A DNA stretch of 62,911 bases, the filler included, from Halocafeteria seosinensis (lineage: Eukaryota): NCBI GenBank assembly GCA_001687465.1. It is 5 parts of 5 records of this genome, joined end to end, with 100 filler letters (N's around TTAATTAATTAA, not from the genome) between each part and the next. Parts side by side here need not be neighbours in the genome. Positions count along the whole stretch, not along the records: positions 55,196 to 62,911 come from LVLI01000099.1; 4 more parts are not named here. One strand, written 5' to 3'. Of the stretch, positions 62,493-62,911 are shown piece by piece. Position 1 is the first letter of the stretch. Each line of letters starts with the position of its first letter. The notes beneath the pieces were generated by a model. That model ran no database searches. It saw only the letters and a program-made list of their open reading frames with translations, and was not told the origin of the DNA. Made by a program: the position numbers and the translations under genes.

Positions 62493-62852
62493 TTAAAACT
62501 TCCCAAAAACCGCCGGCTGTTTAGCAGCAGCTTGGATCCCCGGTGCTGCGCAAAGCCCCTGGTAAATGATTACCGTAAATCGCCGAGAGCAAATCGCAAT
62601 GCCGACAAAAGCGCCGATAGCGACTCCATCCATCGAGCTAAGCGAATTGGCATTCACAGCGTCTCTCATTAAAAGCATAAGAATAGGCGTGCAGTAAATC
62701 GCCTGAGAAGAGGGCACGGCTGACATGCCAATGAACTTTCCGTGATTATCGTCCACGCGTGACATCACACCATGAGACGCCATTCCGGCAATACCACAGC
62801 CAATCGCACTTCCTACACATCCCAAGCCCAAAACAAGCGCCGGCCCGGCCAT
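62493..62852 (-). pseudogene. atpK: V/A-type ATP synthase subunit K, Chlamydiae-like, C-terminally truncated
   Basis: GPALVLGLGCVGSAIGCGIAGMASHGVMSRVDDNHGKFIGMSAVPSSQAIY. It stops at FGKF*, before the last helix carrying the ion-binding Glu (GIVESF), and has small indels. Confidence 0.85.
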
Positions 62853-62911
62853 TGCAAAATTAGAAAAGAGTGATTTTTTAGATTCCTTTTTTAATAATAA
62901 GGGTCGTTTTG

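Overview
The window is not one continuous locus. It is five contigs (about 1-3555, 3656-30046, 30147-32834, 32935-55095, 55196-62911) joined by artificial 100-nt spacers (N44-TTAATTAATTAA-N44). Most of it is gene-dense eukaryotic microbial DNA with short GT-AG introns, probably from a flagellated protist. Conserved genes include CCDC61/VFL3, an RRM protein, INO1, an LRR protein, a membrane metallophosphoesterase, a Fam20-like secretory kinase, two tandem CCX cation/Ca2+ exchangers, a MYST acetyltransferase and NADH-cytochrome b5 reductase. Between them lie decayed mobile DNA and Crinkler-like NTPase(-nuclease) genes. The mobile DNA includes a chromodomain-bearing MULE, a TIR element and an APE-type LINE whose 5' end abuts GGGTTAGGG. 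The most striking feature is the last ~5 kb. This is Chlamydiae-like bacterial DNA (rpsA, APC permease, Mrp, PAP2, V-ATPase K) broken by frameshifts, stops and deletions, in the same contig as eukaryote-like DNA. Within it a YopT/C58-like cysteine protease ORF remains open. Also notable is a spliced PPxY-ubiquitin-like-RLGG-CaaX protein. All family assignments come from motif recognition by eye; no database searches were run.
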